Of a stretch of 32,000 nucleotides of DNA, positions 1 through 9,458 are shown one piece after another. Source of the DNA: Aeropyrum pernix K1 (GTDB lineage Archaea > Thermoproteota > Thermoprotei_A > Sulfolobales > Acidilobaceae); NCBI RefSeq assembly GCF_000011125.1, contig NC_000854.2:840001-872000 (forward strand), written 5' to 3'. The first letter of the stretch is position 1. Each line of letters starts with the position of its first letter. The translations under genes and the position numbers were made by a program. The notes under the pieces are model-generated. The model did not search any database, had not been told where the DNA came from, and saw only the letters and a list, made by a program, of their open reading frames with translations.

Positions 1-876
1 TAGCACTTTGAAGCCCATCTCCCTCGCCTTCGACGCTATCCTCTCCTTAAGGTCCCTCGAGTATATCGGCAGCTGCTCCCCCTTCCTGGGCCACCGGGGG
101 AGGCGCCGCTCTATCTCGCCCATCTCGACGGCTCCCGAGGCTCTGAGGCGACGTAGTATACCTTCTGCAACGCGGAGGGTACCGAGTACAACCTTGTTCA
201 CGCCAGCCCTGGCAGCCCTCGATAGTATGTCCTCGGCCTCCCTGTCAGTGACCCCCGGGATTATGGGTCTGAGGAACAGGGTGGCGCTCAAACCGGCCTC
301 CACCAGCCTCCCCATGAACTCTATCCTCTCCTCCGGAGGCGATGCCCCCGGCTCCAGAGCCTTCCACCGGCTCAATGTAGTCATGGATACTAGGACGTCT
401 ATCCTCGGGTCGGCAGCCTCTATAAACCTCTCGAGTAGGCCCCCCCTGAGCGCTGTCTTAGTGGATATCTGTTGCGGGTTCCCGAGCCACCGCCTTGTGG
501 ACTCGAGATACTCTATGGCGCGCCAGGCGGTCTCCCTCATGAACGGCTCTGTAACGCTGCCGAAGGCTAGTAGAGTCCCTTTGGGGCCGGGGGCCACGTA
601 GGGGTTTAGGGCTAGGGCTAGGGCGAGTTCGTCGCCTGAGAGGGGGTAGGGCTGGGGCTTGCCCGTGAAGCCCATGTCGTATATATAGCAGTAGAGGCAG
701 CCGTAGCTGCAGCCAACTCCCGTGTGGATAGTCATACCGCAGGGTATTGGCCTCCTGCGGGCGTGCCAGTCTCTAGAGGCCCTCTTGAACCCCTCCTCAC
801 CCACCCTACGCCTCAGCTCCTCGGCCACCAGCCTCTTGATGTGTACCGCATCGACTAGGCTCTTCACACTGTCCAT
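1..876 (-). CDS. radical SAM domain protein (SplB/COG1533-like); N-terminal 292 codons only, C-terminus lies beyond the window edge
   Basis: My reverse-complement translation from ATG (876-874) stays open to position 1: MDSVKSLVDAVHIKRL...PCGMTIHTGVGCSYGCLYCYIYDMGF...LFLRPIIPGVTD... It has a CxxxCxxC cluster (C-SYG-C-LY-C) typical of the radical SAM 4Fe-4S site. It is absent from the supplied ORF track because no stop codon falls in the window. Confidence 0.8.
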   Translation of the reverse strand, partial: MDSVKSLVDAVHIKRLVAEELRRRVGEEGFKRASRDWHARRRPIPCGMTIHTGVGCSYGCLYCYIYDMGFTGKPQPYPLSGDELALALALNPYVAPGPKGTLLAFGSVTEPFMRETAWRAIEYLESTRRWLGNPQQISTKTALRGGLLERFIEAADPRIDVLVSMTTLSRWKALEPGASPPEERIEFMGRLVEAGLSATLFLRPIIPGVTDREAEDILSRAARAGVNKVVLGTLRVAEGILRRLRASGAVEMGEIERRLPRWPRKGEQLPIYSRDLKERIASKAREMGFKVL

Positions 877-1011
877 ACTAACCGCCACCTCCAGGCTGCC
901 TCAGCCAAATGCCTTCAACTCATCCCCACGGCGTGTCGTAGTCGGGAGTAGACATCATCGGCATGTCCGGGCTGGAGGCCTCCAGGCTCTATTTTTAGAT
1001 TACCCAGGCTA

Positions 1012-1021
1012 TTCTATATAC
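1012..1021 (+). promoter_or_regulatory. TATA-like box upstream of hyuA
   Basis: TTCTATATAC is centred about 20 nt upstream of ATG 1037, consistent with a leaderless or short-leader archaeal mRNA. Confidence 0.35.
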
Positions 1022-1036
1022 CCCGGCTGGCCGCTC

Positions 1037-3079
1037 ATGCCTCGGGTTAGAGTCGGGGTCGACGTCGGGGGAACCTTTACCGATATAGTGGTGTTTGATG
1101 GGGGCCTCCGGGTTCTCAAGGTTCTCACTACTCCCAAGAGGCCTGTGGAGGGTGTTATGAATGGGCTGTCTAGGGCTCTCGGAACCCTGGAGGGTGTGGA
1201 GGTCCTTGTGCACGCCACCACTATAGGGACAAACTTGTTCCTCGGACAGGTAGGGCTCCAGGCCCCTAGGATCGCACTTTTTGTCAACGAGGGGTTCAGG
1301 GACATTGTGGAGATCGGAAGGCAGAACAGGCCAAGCCTATACAACCCACTGTACCGGAGGCCGAAGCCCCTTGTACCGAGGGATCTGAGGATAGGTGTGA
1401 GGGGTAGGATAGGGCCGGATGGGGTTGAGATAGAGAGGCTCGACGTTGATGCTGTTAGAGAGTGGGCAGCCCGCCTCTGCAGGGAGGGGGTGAGGGTCTA
1501 TGCAGTCTCATTCCTCCACAGCCACCGCAACCCCCTGCACGAGAAGATGGCCGCCCAGGCGGTGGGGGAGGCGTGTCCAGGCGCCTACGTAGTCACGGGG
1601 CACGAGGTGGACCCCCAGCCGATGGAGTATGAGAGGACGAGCACCACAGTCGTCAACGCAGTCCTCAAGCCAATCCTCTCCACCTATCTCCAGGAGCTCC
1701 ACAGGCAGCTCCGGGACAGGGGGTTCAAGGGGGTCTTGCTCGTGATGCAGAGCAACGGGGGGGTGGCCGGTGTTGAAGAGGCTGTTGGGAGGCCCGCCGC
1801 ATTCATCGAGAGCGGGCCCAGCGCGGGAGCCGTTGCCGTGGCCTACTTCTCACGGCTCCAGAGGGTGGATCGGGCTCTCGGCTTCGACATGGGGGGTACG
1901 ACCGCCAAGGCCTCCAGCATAATAGACGGGGAGCCGGAGGTGGTCGACACCTACGAGGTGGGGGGAAGGGTGCACATGGGGAGGCTTATCAGGGGGAGCG
2001 GCTACCCAGTTAGATACCCCCATATAGACCTGGCTGAGGTCAGCGCTGGCGGAGGAACTATAGCATGGGTAGACCCGGGCGGGGCCCTGCAGGTCGGGCC
2101 CATGAGCGCCGGCGCCGACCCCGGGCCAGCCTGCTACGGGCTCGGCGGGTCCAAACCCACGGTAACCGACGCCAACCTCATACTAGGAAGGCTTCCCGAT
2201 GTCCTCGCCGGAGGGCTGAGGCTGAGCCGGAGGCTGGCCGAGGATGCTGTAAAGGGGAGGGTGGCTGAGCCGATGGGGCTAGACGTTGTTGAGGCGGCCT
2301 GGGCTATAGTCAGGATCGCCAACGCCATAATGTCCCGCGCCCTCAGGCTCGTATCGCTCGAGAGAGGCCGGGACCCCCGGGGCTTCACCATGTACGCGTT
2401 CGGCGGCGCCGGGCCGCTGCACGCGGCGGAGCTGGCGGAGGAGATGGGAGTGTCAAGGGTGATAATACCCCCGTTCCCGGGGGTGTTCAGCGCTCTGGGC
2501 CTCCTGGTTGCCGACTATAAGCATAGCCTCCACGCCCCGGTGGCGAGGCCTGCGTCCAGCGTCTCACAGGACGAGTTGGACAGGGTCTTCGAGAAGCTAA
2601 GGGAGAGAGCCGACGAGGTCCTCGCCCGCGAGAGCGTCCCCCCGGAAAGGAGGATCTACAGTATGATGCTGGACATGAGGTACTGGGGCCAGGCTTACCC
2701 GCTCAGAGTCCCCTATAGGGGCAGCCTTGATGACGCTGTCAGGGAGTTCCACAGACTGCACGCCGAGAGGTATGGTTTCGCCAGCCCGGAGGAGCCTGTG
2801 GAGGTAGATGTTGCCAGGCTAGAGGCTGTGGGGCTAACGGAGAAGCCTGTGCTGCAGAAGCCAGTGGGGGCTGGAGAGCCGGCGCCCCGGAGGGCGAGGG
2901 AGGTCTTCTTCGAGGAGGGGTGGCTCGAGACACCCCTCTACAGGTATGAGGACCTCGCCCCCGGCTATAGGCTGGAGGGCCCGGCGGTCGTTGAGGCCCC
3001 GGACTCAACCATCCTCCTGCCGCCGGGGTGGGCTGGGGTTGTGGATGGGTATGGGGCGTTGGTGATGGAGAGGAGGTGA
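1037..3079 (+). CDS. hyuA: hydantoinase/oxoprolinase family, A (HyuA-like) subunit
   Basis: The N-terminus MPRVRVGVDVGGTFTDIVVF (ATP-binding DxGGTFTD motif) starts at ATG 1037, in frame with track ORF 722..3079. A second GFDMGGTTAK motif is present. The upstream 105 codons of the track ORF overlap the divergent radical SAM gene and are S/P/R-rich. Confidence 0.9.
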   Translation: MPRVRVGVDVGGTFTDIVVFDGGLRVLKVLTTPKRPVEGVMNGLSRALGTLEGVEVLVHATTIGTNLFLGQVGLQAPRIALFVNEGFRDIVEIGRQNRPSLYNPLYRRPKPLVPRDLRIGVRGRIGPDGVEIERLDVDAVREWAARLCREGVRVYAVSFLHSHRNPLHEKMAAQAVGEACPGAYVVTGHEVDPQPMEYERTSTTVVNAVLKPILSTYLQELHRQLRDRGFKGVLLVMQSNGGVAGVEEAVGRPAAFIESGPSAGAVAVAYFSRLQRVDRALGFDMGGTTAKASSIIDGEPEVVDTYEVGGRVHMGRLIRGSGYPVRYPHIDLAEVSAGGGTIAWVDPGGALQVGPMSAGADPGPACYGLGGSKPTVTDANLILGRLPDVLAGGLRLSRRLAEDAVKGRVAEPMGLDVVEAAWAIVRIANAIMSRALRLVSLERGRDPRGFTMYAFGGAGPLHAAELAEEMGVSRVIIPPFPGVFSALGLLVADYKHSLHAPVARPASSVSQDELDRVFEKLRERADEVLARESVPPERRIYSMMLDMRYWGQAYPLRVPYRGSLDDAVREFHRLHAERYGFASPEEPVEVDVARLEAVGLTEKPVLQKPVGAGEPAPRRAREVFFEEGWLETPLYRYEDLAPGYRLEGPAVVEAPDSTILLPPGWAGVVDGYGALVMERR

Positions 3080-3085
3080 TGGGCC

Positions 3086-4774
3086 GTGGGCATGGATAGG
3101 GTTGCCGTGGATGTTGTGAGGCACGCGGCGATATACGCTAGCGAGGAGATGGGCGTCGTCCTCAGGAACACAGCGTACAGCCCCAATATAAAGGATAGGA
3201 GCGACCACACGTGCGCAATCCTGACGCCGGAGGGCGACCTGGTGGCGCAGGCGGAGCACATACCCGTGCACATAGGGAGCATGGCTGTCGGTGTCAAGGC
3301 GGCCGTAGACTATCTGAGGAGGGAGGGCGAGGACCTGGAGCCGGGTGACGTTGTGGCGGTAAACGACCCTTACATCGCGGGAACCCACCTTAACGACGTG
3401 ATGCTCCTCAAACCAGTCTACAGCAGGGGCAGGATGGTGGCTATAGTCGCGAACAAGGCCCACCACGTCGACATAGGGGGCCTGCACCCGGGCAGCATAG
3501 GGGGCTCGGCTAGGGAGCTCCTGCAGGAAGGCCTCATCATACCCCCCGTTAAGATATCCAGAGGGGGGCGTTTAGACGATGGGCTCCTGAGGCTGCTGGA
3601 GAGCAACGTCAGGACACCCCGCTACCTCCGGGGGGATCTGAAGGCCCAGCTCGCCGCCCTCAACGTGGGGGAGAGGAGGGTTGTCGAGCTCGCGTCTAGA
3701 TATGGTGAAGAGTTCCTGCTGGAGGCTTGGCGGGAGATACTGGGGCACGCCGAGGCGTACGCCAGGAGGAGGATCGAGGACCTCGGTGTTGAGGGGGTGT
3801 GGAGCGCTGAGGATGTCCTCGAGCTTTCCGGGGGCGAGGCCGTGGTGAAGTCTACCCTATCGATACTCCCCGGGGGCAGGGTTAGGGTCGACTTCACCGG
3901 GACCTCACCCCAGGTGGATGAGCCGGTTAACGCCGTCTACGGCGTGACGGTCGCGGCCACTACGTTCGCCCTAAAAACCGTTGTAGACCCCGATATGCCG
4001 GTCAACCAGGGGTTCTTCCGGGCCGTGGAGATAGAGGCCCCCGAGGGTAGCCTAGTCAACCCGCGCAGGCCTGCTCCTGTCAGCGGTGGGAACACGGAGA
4101 CGAGCCAGAGGATAGCTGACGTCGTGTTCATGGCACTGGCTAAAGCCCTCCCGGGGAGGGTGCCGGCGGCCAGCTGTGGTAGCATGACGAACGTTATGCT
4201 GGGCGGGCCGGGGTGGGCCTTCTACGAGACTGTTGCCTGCGGGGAGGGGGCGAGGCCTGTGAGGGACGGCTACGATGGTGTGCACACTAACATGACTAAC
4301 ACTCTAAACACCCCGGTAGAGAGGATGGAGACCGAGTACCCCGTCCTCTTTGTCAGGTACGAGCTTAGGGCCGACAGCGAGGGCCCGGGCCGCTGGAGGG
4401 GTGGCCTGGGGGTGGTTAGGGCTTTCAAGCTGACTGGGGGTAGGGCGACGCTCACGCTGTACGGGCAGAGGTGTAGGACGAGGCCGTGGGGGCTTGAGGG
4501 CGGGTCTCCAGGCGAGCCCGCGGCCCACTACCTTGTTAAGAAGGACGGCTCGAGAGTAGAGCTGGGCTGCACAGCCACCGTCGAGATAGAGGAGGGCGAC
4601 ACGGTCTACATACAAACGCCTGGGGGAGGCGGCTACGGCGACCCCTGCATTAGGGATAGAACTCTTCTTGAGCGTGACTTGAGGGAGGAGAAGGTGTCTC
4701 CCGAGAGGGCGGCCTCCAAGTACTGCTACAACATTGGTGAAGCTCGAACCGAAACTGCACAGGCCGACCCCTAG
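3086..4774 (+). CDS. hyuB: hydantoinase B/oxoprolinase family, B (HyuB-like) subunit
   Basis: 562 aa. Contains RNTAYSPNIKDRSDHTCAILTPEGDLVAQAEHIPVHIGSM and NDPYIAGTHLND, hallmark HyuB segments. It starts 7 nt after the hyuA stop (GTG 3086, or ATG 3092), a typical A/B gene pair. Confidence 0.9.
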   Translation: MGMDRVAVDVVRHAAIYASEEMGVVLRNTAYSPNIKDRSDHTCAILTPEGDLVAQAEHIPVHIGSMAVGVKAAVDYLRREGEDLEPGDVVAVNDPYIAGTHLNDVMLLKPVYSRGRMVAIVANKAHHVDIGGLHPGSIGGSARELLQEGLIIPPVKISRGGRLDDGLLRLLESNVRTPRYLRGDLKAQLAALNVGERRVVELASRYGEEFLLEAWREILGHAEAYARRRIEDLGVEGVWSAEDVLELSGGEAVVKSTLSILPGGRVRVDFTGTSPQVDEPVNAVYGVTVAATTFALKTVVDPDMPVNQGFFRAVEIEAPEGSLVNPRRPAPVSGGNTETSQRIADVVFMALAKALPGRVPAASCGSMTNVMLGGPGWAFYETVACGEGARPVRDGYDGVHTNMTNTLNTPVERMETEYPVLFVRYELRADSEGPGRWRGGLGVVRAFKLTGGRATLTLYGQRCRTRPWGLEGGSPGEPAAHYLVKKDGSRVELGCTATVEIEEGDTVYIQTPGGGGYGDPCIRDRTLLERDLREEKVSPERAASKYCYNIGEARTETAQADP

Positions 4775-4835
4775 GGATGAAGTGTTCTACACGTTTTGAA
4801 CCCCGAACCGCTATGCGTAGGGCTGGTGGCGCGTT

Positions 4836-5147
4836 ATGGCGTTCGCCATAGCCAACTACATAAGGGCGGAGACCCCCGAGGCCTTCGACAAGGTCATAGA
4901 AGCATTCACAGGGAGGGCAGGGCTTGTCGAGCGTATGGAGGGCTTCCGCTCCCTCCAAGTGCTTGCTAATAGGGACAGGCTCGAGGTAGTGGTCATTACA
5001 GTCTGGGAGTCCAGGGAGCATTTCGAGAGGTGGGTGGAGAGCAGGGAGTTCGAGGAAGCCCACAAGAGGGCCCGGAGGAGGAGGCTGGAGGGCACAACCT
5101 CGGAGGGCGTGGAGTACGAGGTCCTAGACTTCACCTGCAGGGGCTAG
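4836..5147 (+). CDS. ABM (antibiotic biosynthesis monooxygenase/IsdG-like) domain protein
   Basis: 103 aa with a ferredoxin-like ABM pattern: F..V.EAF...G.....GF.S.QVL...D...VVVITVWES.E.FE.W..S..F..AH. Confidence 0.7.
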   Translation: MAFAIANYIRAETPEAFDKVIEAFTGRAGLVERMEGFRSLQVLANRDRLEVVVITVWESREHFERWVESREFEEAHKRARRRRLEGTTSEGVEYEVLDFTCRG

Positions 5148-5230
5148 GGCTAACACGGCCCTAGGCCCAGCCTACGGTGGGCGGTGTTAAACCCCTCCCC
5201 ATTCACATAATTACATGAGGTGCGGCTGGC

Positions 5231-6256
5231 TTGAGCGTGCTTGAGACTCTCAGGGAGCTGGTGTTCACCCCTGGCCCCAGCGGTTTCGAGGACCTTGTGA
5301 GGAGCGTCGTCGTCTCAAGGCTCAGGGAGCTTGGGCTTGACCCTGTTGTCGACGAGCTTGGAAACGTTGTTGTGAACCCCTCTGGAGGGGAGCCGAGGCT
5401 GTTGGCCGCGGCCCATATGGACGAGCTGGGCTTCGTAATAACTGGCGTTGGGGACGACGGCCTCCTGGCGTTCAGGAAGCTTGGCGGGATAGACGACAGG
5501 ATACTTCCAGGCCAGCACGTCGAGATCCTCCTGGACGGGGGGGCTAGGATAGAGGGAGTTATAGGCATTACGCCACCCCACCTGCAGCTAGACCGCGGGG
5601 AGGCTGAGAAGCCCCTCCGCTGGCACGAGCTCAGGATAGACATTGGAGCCCAGTCAAGGGCGGAGGCCGAGGAGCTGGGGGTCAAGCCCCTGCAGCCAGC
5701 GGTGTTCAAGAAGCATTGGAGCACTCTCGCCGGGGGGAGGGCCCTCGCCTCCAGGGGTTTCGACGACAGGGCTGGTGTAGCACTCCTCCTAGAACTCGCC
5801 AAGAGGATCGCGGAGGGTAGGGTGGATGCCGGCGGCATCGCCCTAGCTTGGACAGTCCAGGAGGAGGTGGGGCTAAGGGGCGCCAGCTACGTGGCCTCCA
5901 GGATGAAGCCCAAGGCCTTCCTGGCTGTAGACACCATGGCCTGCTGCCACCCAGCCGTCACGGGGCACACCAGGCCGGGGGGAGGGCCCGTGGTCAGGGC
6001 CTTGGACAACCAGCACATCACCCCACGCTGGCTAGTTGAGCTCCTAGAGGAGGCGGCCAGGAGCGCTGGGCTGGAGCTTCAATATGCTACGGCGGGTGGG
6101 ACGACGGATGCAGCGGCCTTCCAGAGGACGGGGGTGCCCAGCGCCGCCATAGGGATCCCCCTGAAGTACACCCACAGCACAGCCGAGGTCCTCTACCTGA
6201 GCGACCTAGAGGGGGCTCTCAAACTCCTCGAGCACCTGCCCGGGCGGCTGGGCTAG
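5231..6256 (+). CDS. M42 family metallo-aminopeptidase (TET/FrvX-like)
   Basis: Motifs AAHMDELGFVITGV, SRGFDDRAGV, VQEEVGLRGA and GIPLKYTHS. The conserved N-terminus (LETLRELVFTPGPSGFE) forces a non-ATG start (TTG 5231 or GTG 5237). Confidence 0.85.
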   Translation: MSVLETLRELVFTPGPSGFEDLVRSVVVSRLRELGLDPVVDELGNVVVNPSGGEPRLLAAAHMDELGFVITGVGDDGLLAFRKLGGIDDRILPGQHVEILLDGGARIEGVIGITPPHLQLDRGEAEKPLRWHELRIDIGAQSRAEAEELGVKPLQPAVFKKHWSTLAGGRALASRGFDDRAGVALLLELAKRIAEGRVDAGGIALAWTVQEEVGLRGASYVASRMKPKAFLAVDTMACCHPAVTGHTRPGGGPVVRALDNQHITPRWLVELLEEAARSAGLELQYATAGGTTDAAAFQRTGVPSAAIGIPLKYTHSTAEVLYLSDLEGALKLLEHLPGRLG

Positions 6257-7902
6257 CGGCCCAGCATCTCCCGGGCGGATCTCGCCATCTTGAGGGCGAG
6301 CTTTTCAAGGCTGAGTCTCCTAGGCTTCTCCACCCCCAGGTCCTCGAGAAGCCTCCTTGATGCCAGCCAGCCCGGCAGCCCCGACACACCGCCGCCGGGG
6401 TGGCTGGAGGCGGAGGCTAGGTAGAGGCGGTCGACGCCCGGCAGGGTGTAGCCGGAGGCCTCTGGCAGTGGCCGAGAGGAGTATAGCTGGTCGAGCCTCA
6501 TGGAGATGTGGAATATGCTGCCTCCAGGGTTCCCCAGCCCCTCGTAGTCTCTGGGAGTGAGGACCTCAACCCTAACCCCCTCCCTCGGCAGGGTGAAGAC
6601 GCTTTCCAGCACTCCGAGCCCCCTCTCTGCAACCTCGCTTTTATCCTCCTCACCCCAGCTCCTGGCGGGCCTCCACGTGTACTGGAGGAATATGCTGGCG
6701 AGTATCCACCCCTCGGGGGCAAGCCCCGGGTCAACCCTGTTCAGCACGTTCACGGAGAGCCAGGGCTCCCTGCTAACCCCCCTTGAGACGGCTTCTCCGT
6801 AGGCCTTTTCGGCGTACTCCATCCCCGGCATTGTTATAACGCTGCTGGTGTAGAGGTCCTCGCCGAGCCACCTATACTCCTCCGCCGGCTTCAGGGGCTC
6901 CCTGGCCGCGAGCACTATTTTTGACGATGCTCCCGATGATTCAAGAGTCCTTATCCTCCTAGCAAGCCCCCTGTCGAGCTCGACCACGCTGGGTAGTGTT
7001 TTGATGCTCGCGGCCCACAAGACTGCCTTCCTCGCCCTATACACCCTGCCATCCCATGTCCTCACCCCCACGGCCCTCCCACTCTCCACGAGGACCTCCG
7101 ACACCCTGGCGCCCGTCTCGATTGAGGCCCCCGCCTCCCGAGCAGCCTCGGCGAGGGCATGGATTAGCCTGCCCATGCCGCCCTTGACGTAAGCCCACTC
7201 TCCCCTCCTACCCGTGGAGACTCCGAGGTAGTGGTGCGCCAACACAATCCCCGTGCCCGGCGTAGAGGGGGCGGCCATCTCCCCCACCAGGGCGTCCTCC
7301 ACAAGGGCCGCCCGGGCCTCCCAGCTCTCGAACCACTCCCCCAGTATCCTGGCCGCCGGGGCTGTGAGCATCCACTGGGCAGCCTCTAAGGCCTCCTCCA
7401 CAATCCTCCCCACCAGCGGCGTCCTGGCAGCCCTGTAGGCGTGCTCCACAACCTCGCGAGGGCTGAGGGGAGGGTGGCTGTAAACCTCCTCAAGCAGCAC
7501 ACCCAGGGCGCTCCAGAGCCTAGCCCACCTTAGATAGGCCTCTCCATCCGCTGGCGAAACCCTGGAGAATTCTCTCGAGGTCCTCCGGGCGTCTCCATAC
7601 ACCCTCAGAGCCCTGCCCTCACCCAGCACCACCGTCATCCCAGGGTCTTTAGGCAGCAGCCGTACCCTACCCTCGATGCCCGCCTCCCTCATAAGCCACC
7701 TGGGGTAGAGGCCGAGGACGTACGCCCCGAAAGGCGCTGTGAACCCGGGCCAGGGCGAGTAGGAGGCTGCAAGCCCTCCAAGACGCTCCCTGGCCTCGAG
7801 GAGGGCCACCCTCAGGCCGCGCCTGGCCAGGACGGAGGCGGCTGTCAGCCCATTATGGCCTCCCCCCACTACAACAACGTCGAAAACCCTCTCGCCACCC
7901 AA
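6253..7902 (-). CDS. FAD/NAD(P)-dependent oxidoreductase, phytoene desaturase (CrtI) family
   Basis: Has the N-terminal Rossmann dinucleotide motif DVVVVGGGHNGLTAASVLARRGLRVALLEARERLGG and a C-terminal LYLASASSHPGGGVSG typical of the CrtI/amine-oxidase fold. TTG start. Confidence 0.85.
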   Translation of the reverse strand: MGGERVFDVVVVGGGHNGLTAASVLARRGLRVALLEARERLGGLAASYSPWPGFTAPFGAYVLGLYPRWLMREAGIEGRVRLLPKDPGMTVVLGEGRALRVYGDARRTSREFSRVSPADGEAYLRWARLWSALGVLLEEVYSHPPLSPREVVEHAYRAARTPLVGRIVEEALEAAQWMLTAPAARILGEWFESWEARAALVEDALVGEMAAPSTPGTGIVLAHHYLGVSTGRRGEWAYVKGGMGRLIHALAEAAREAGASIETGARVSEVLVESGRAVGVRTWDGRVYRARKAVLWAASIKTLPSVVELDRGLARRIRTLESSGASSKIVLAAREPLKPAEEYRWLGEDLYTSSVITMPGMEYAEKAYGEAVSRGVSREPWLSVNVLNRVDPGLAPEGWILASIFLQYTWRPARSWGEEDKSEVAERGLGVLESVFTLPREGVRVEVLTPRDYEGLGNPGGSIFHISMRLDQLYSSRPLPEASGYTLPGVDRLYLASASSHPGGGVSGLPGWLASRRLLEDLGVEKPRRLSLEKLALKMARSAREMLGR

Positions 7903-8047
7903 AGAAGCACACCCGGGATATTAGGTGGCCGTGCCCCGTTGATAACCTGGGCCTCCATCTCCCACTCCCCCCTTATTACCTGGGGTGGCTAAGGATGCAT
8001 AGACGGGTTTCGACCTCTTACTAGCGTTCCAACAGGCCTGCTGGCTT

Positions 8048-8746
8048 GTGCGGTGTTGCATGATGGCGGACGGCCTTCCACGGGATGACTTGAGGGTACT
8101 ATTCGACATTCTAAGCAGAGGGTTTAGGAGGGTCTTCCTAAGCTACATACTCTTCCTCATGGTTCTTGTGGTGTGGCTGGGCGTTCTAGGGGCTTTCCTG
8201 CTAGTGGGGTTAACGTTCGAGGCCCTGCTAGGCTCCGGCCTCGAAGCCTTCACAATACTCGGTGTGGTCACCGCTCTCCTAGCCTCTGTTCTGTTGCTGG
8301 TAATAGCCGGCTACATCTTCTACCGTGGCGCGGTGGATATCAAGGACGGTGTGGCCAGGGTCGGAGAACCGCGGGTGAGATCCGACCTGGCCCTGGGAGC
8401 CGAGCTGCTGTATATCGGCGGAGTCCTGACGCTGGTCGGAGCTGTGTTAACCATAGTCCTGGTGGGCGTTCTGATACTGGCTGTGGGCAATATTATAGCC
8501 TTGATCGGAATAGGCGTTATAGCATATAGGCTCCGAGGGGTTCATCCAGAGCTCGAGACGCCTCTGAACATAACTCTAGTGGGTGTGGCCCTCCACCTCC
8601 TGAGCTACATACCAGCCCTATCCATAATGCTGTTGCCTGCCGTGGTCCTCGAGATAATTGGCTTCCGCATGGTATACACCACGTCAGGGAGGCTCCTAAA
8701 GGAAGAGGGGCAACCCGGGGTCGGGGGCGAATCCACGGCTTCATAG
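8048..8746 (+). CDS. polytopic membrane protein, unknown function (paralog 1)
   Basis: Several long hydrophobic L/V/I/G-rich segments, about 6 predicted by eye. The likely true start is ATG 8060 or 8063 (MMADGL...). Confidence 0.65.
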   Translation: MRCCMMADGLPRDDLRVLFDILSRGFRRVFLSYILFLMVLVVWLGVLGAFLLVGLTFEALLGSGLEAFTILGVVTALLASVLLLVIAGYIFYRGAVDIKDGVARVGEPRVRSDLALGAELLYIGGVLTLVGAVLTIVLVGVLILAVGNIIALIGIGVIAYRLRGVHPELETPLNITLVGVALHLLSYIPALSIMLLPAVVLEIIGFRMVYTTSGRLLKEEGQPGVGGESTAS

Positions 8747-8759
8747 CTGGGGGGCGAGG

Positions 8760-9434
8760 TTGGGGTTGGAAGCCGAGGGTCAGCGTGGCGAGGATGCTAT
8801 GCCCGTGCTCCTGGGTGAGTTTGCAGGGCGCATGCTCGTAGCACTCGCCGTAGCCTCTGCCTCAATACTTCTGGCTGGAGGGTCGATCGTTAGCGTGAGG
8901 GTGGCTGGGCTTCTGTTCGGCTTTCTGGCGGAGGCCCTCGGCCTCCCCGGGATTCCCATGGATATTGTGGATGCCGCGGGTGAGATCGCCTTCAATCTAG
9001 TCCTATCCGTAGGCGGACTTACCTCGTCGCTCATAGCCTACGTGGGCTCCAGGGAGCTGGAGAGGGCTTTACGCCAGCTTCCCGGGGGGAGGGCTGAGGA
9101 CCTGGGTCTCCCAGTCCTACTGCTCAAAATAGGGTCTATAGCCGCCATTGCCGGCTCCGTCCTCCTACTGCTCGGCGCCGGGCTAACCCTGGCCACGGCC
9201 GGGTTCATAGTGTTCCAGGCGGGCCTGGCTATCATGGCCTATGGGGCGAGGAGCCGCGGCGGCCCAGACACCTCTATGACTCTACTCCTCGTAGGCGCCT
9301 CACTGGCGCTCATTGGGGCGGCGGTGGGTGTTAGTGCAGCAGTTCTCGCAGGGATGGCTATAGAGGCCGCCTCCTTCTACAGGCTCCGCAGCCCGCCGAG
9401 CGGCGGTTCTAGGCTGGAGGGCGAAACTTTATGA
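8760..9434 (+). CDS. polytopic membrane protein, unknown function (paralog 2)
   Basis: Similar layout to the upstream gene, with local motif similarity (IGVIAYRLRGVHPE vs LAIMAYGARSRGGPD; C-terminal EIIGFRMV vs EAASFYRL). An alternative start is ATG 8799 (MPVLLGEF...), preceded by GAGGA. Confidence 0.6.
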   Translation: MGLEAEGQRGEDAMPVLLGEFAGRMLVALAVASASILLAGGSIVSVRVAGLLFGFLAEALGLPGIPMDIVDAAGEIAFNLVLSVGGLTSSLIAYVGSRELERALRQLPGGRAEDLGLPVLLLKIGSIAAIAGSVLLLLGAGLTLATAGFIVFQAGLAIMAYGARSRGGPDTSMTLLLVGASLALIGAAVGVSAAVLAGMAIEAASFYRLRSPPSGGSRLEGETL

Positions 9435-9458
9435 TTCTGGGCCCCCGGCATTTTATGG

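Noticed and set aside
8-601. 197-aa plus-strand ORF from the track
   Set aside because: It is S/R/P-rich with no motif and lies entirely antisense to a well-formed radical SAM gene (1..876, minus). It is a typical high-GC shadow ORF.
601-626. Short tandem GGGCTA repeats
   Set aside because: They lie inside the radical SAM CDS and simply encode an Ala-Leu repeat (LALALAL). They are too short to be a structural repeat element.
722-1036. 105-codon N-terminal extension of the hyuA track ORF
   Set aside because: It starts at a GTG inside the divergent radical SAM gene and has low-complexity S/L/P/R composition. The conserved HyuA N-terminus (MPRVRVGVDVGGTFTD) begins at ATG 1037, with a TATA-like box just upstream.
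3005-3487. 160-aa minus-strand ORF across the hyuA/hyuB junction
   Set aside because: It is antisense to two conserved genes, has no motifs, and has H/P/R/V-rich shadow composition.
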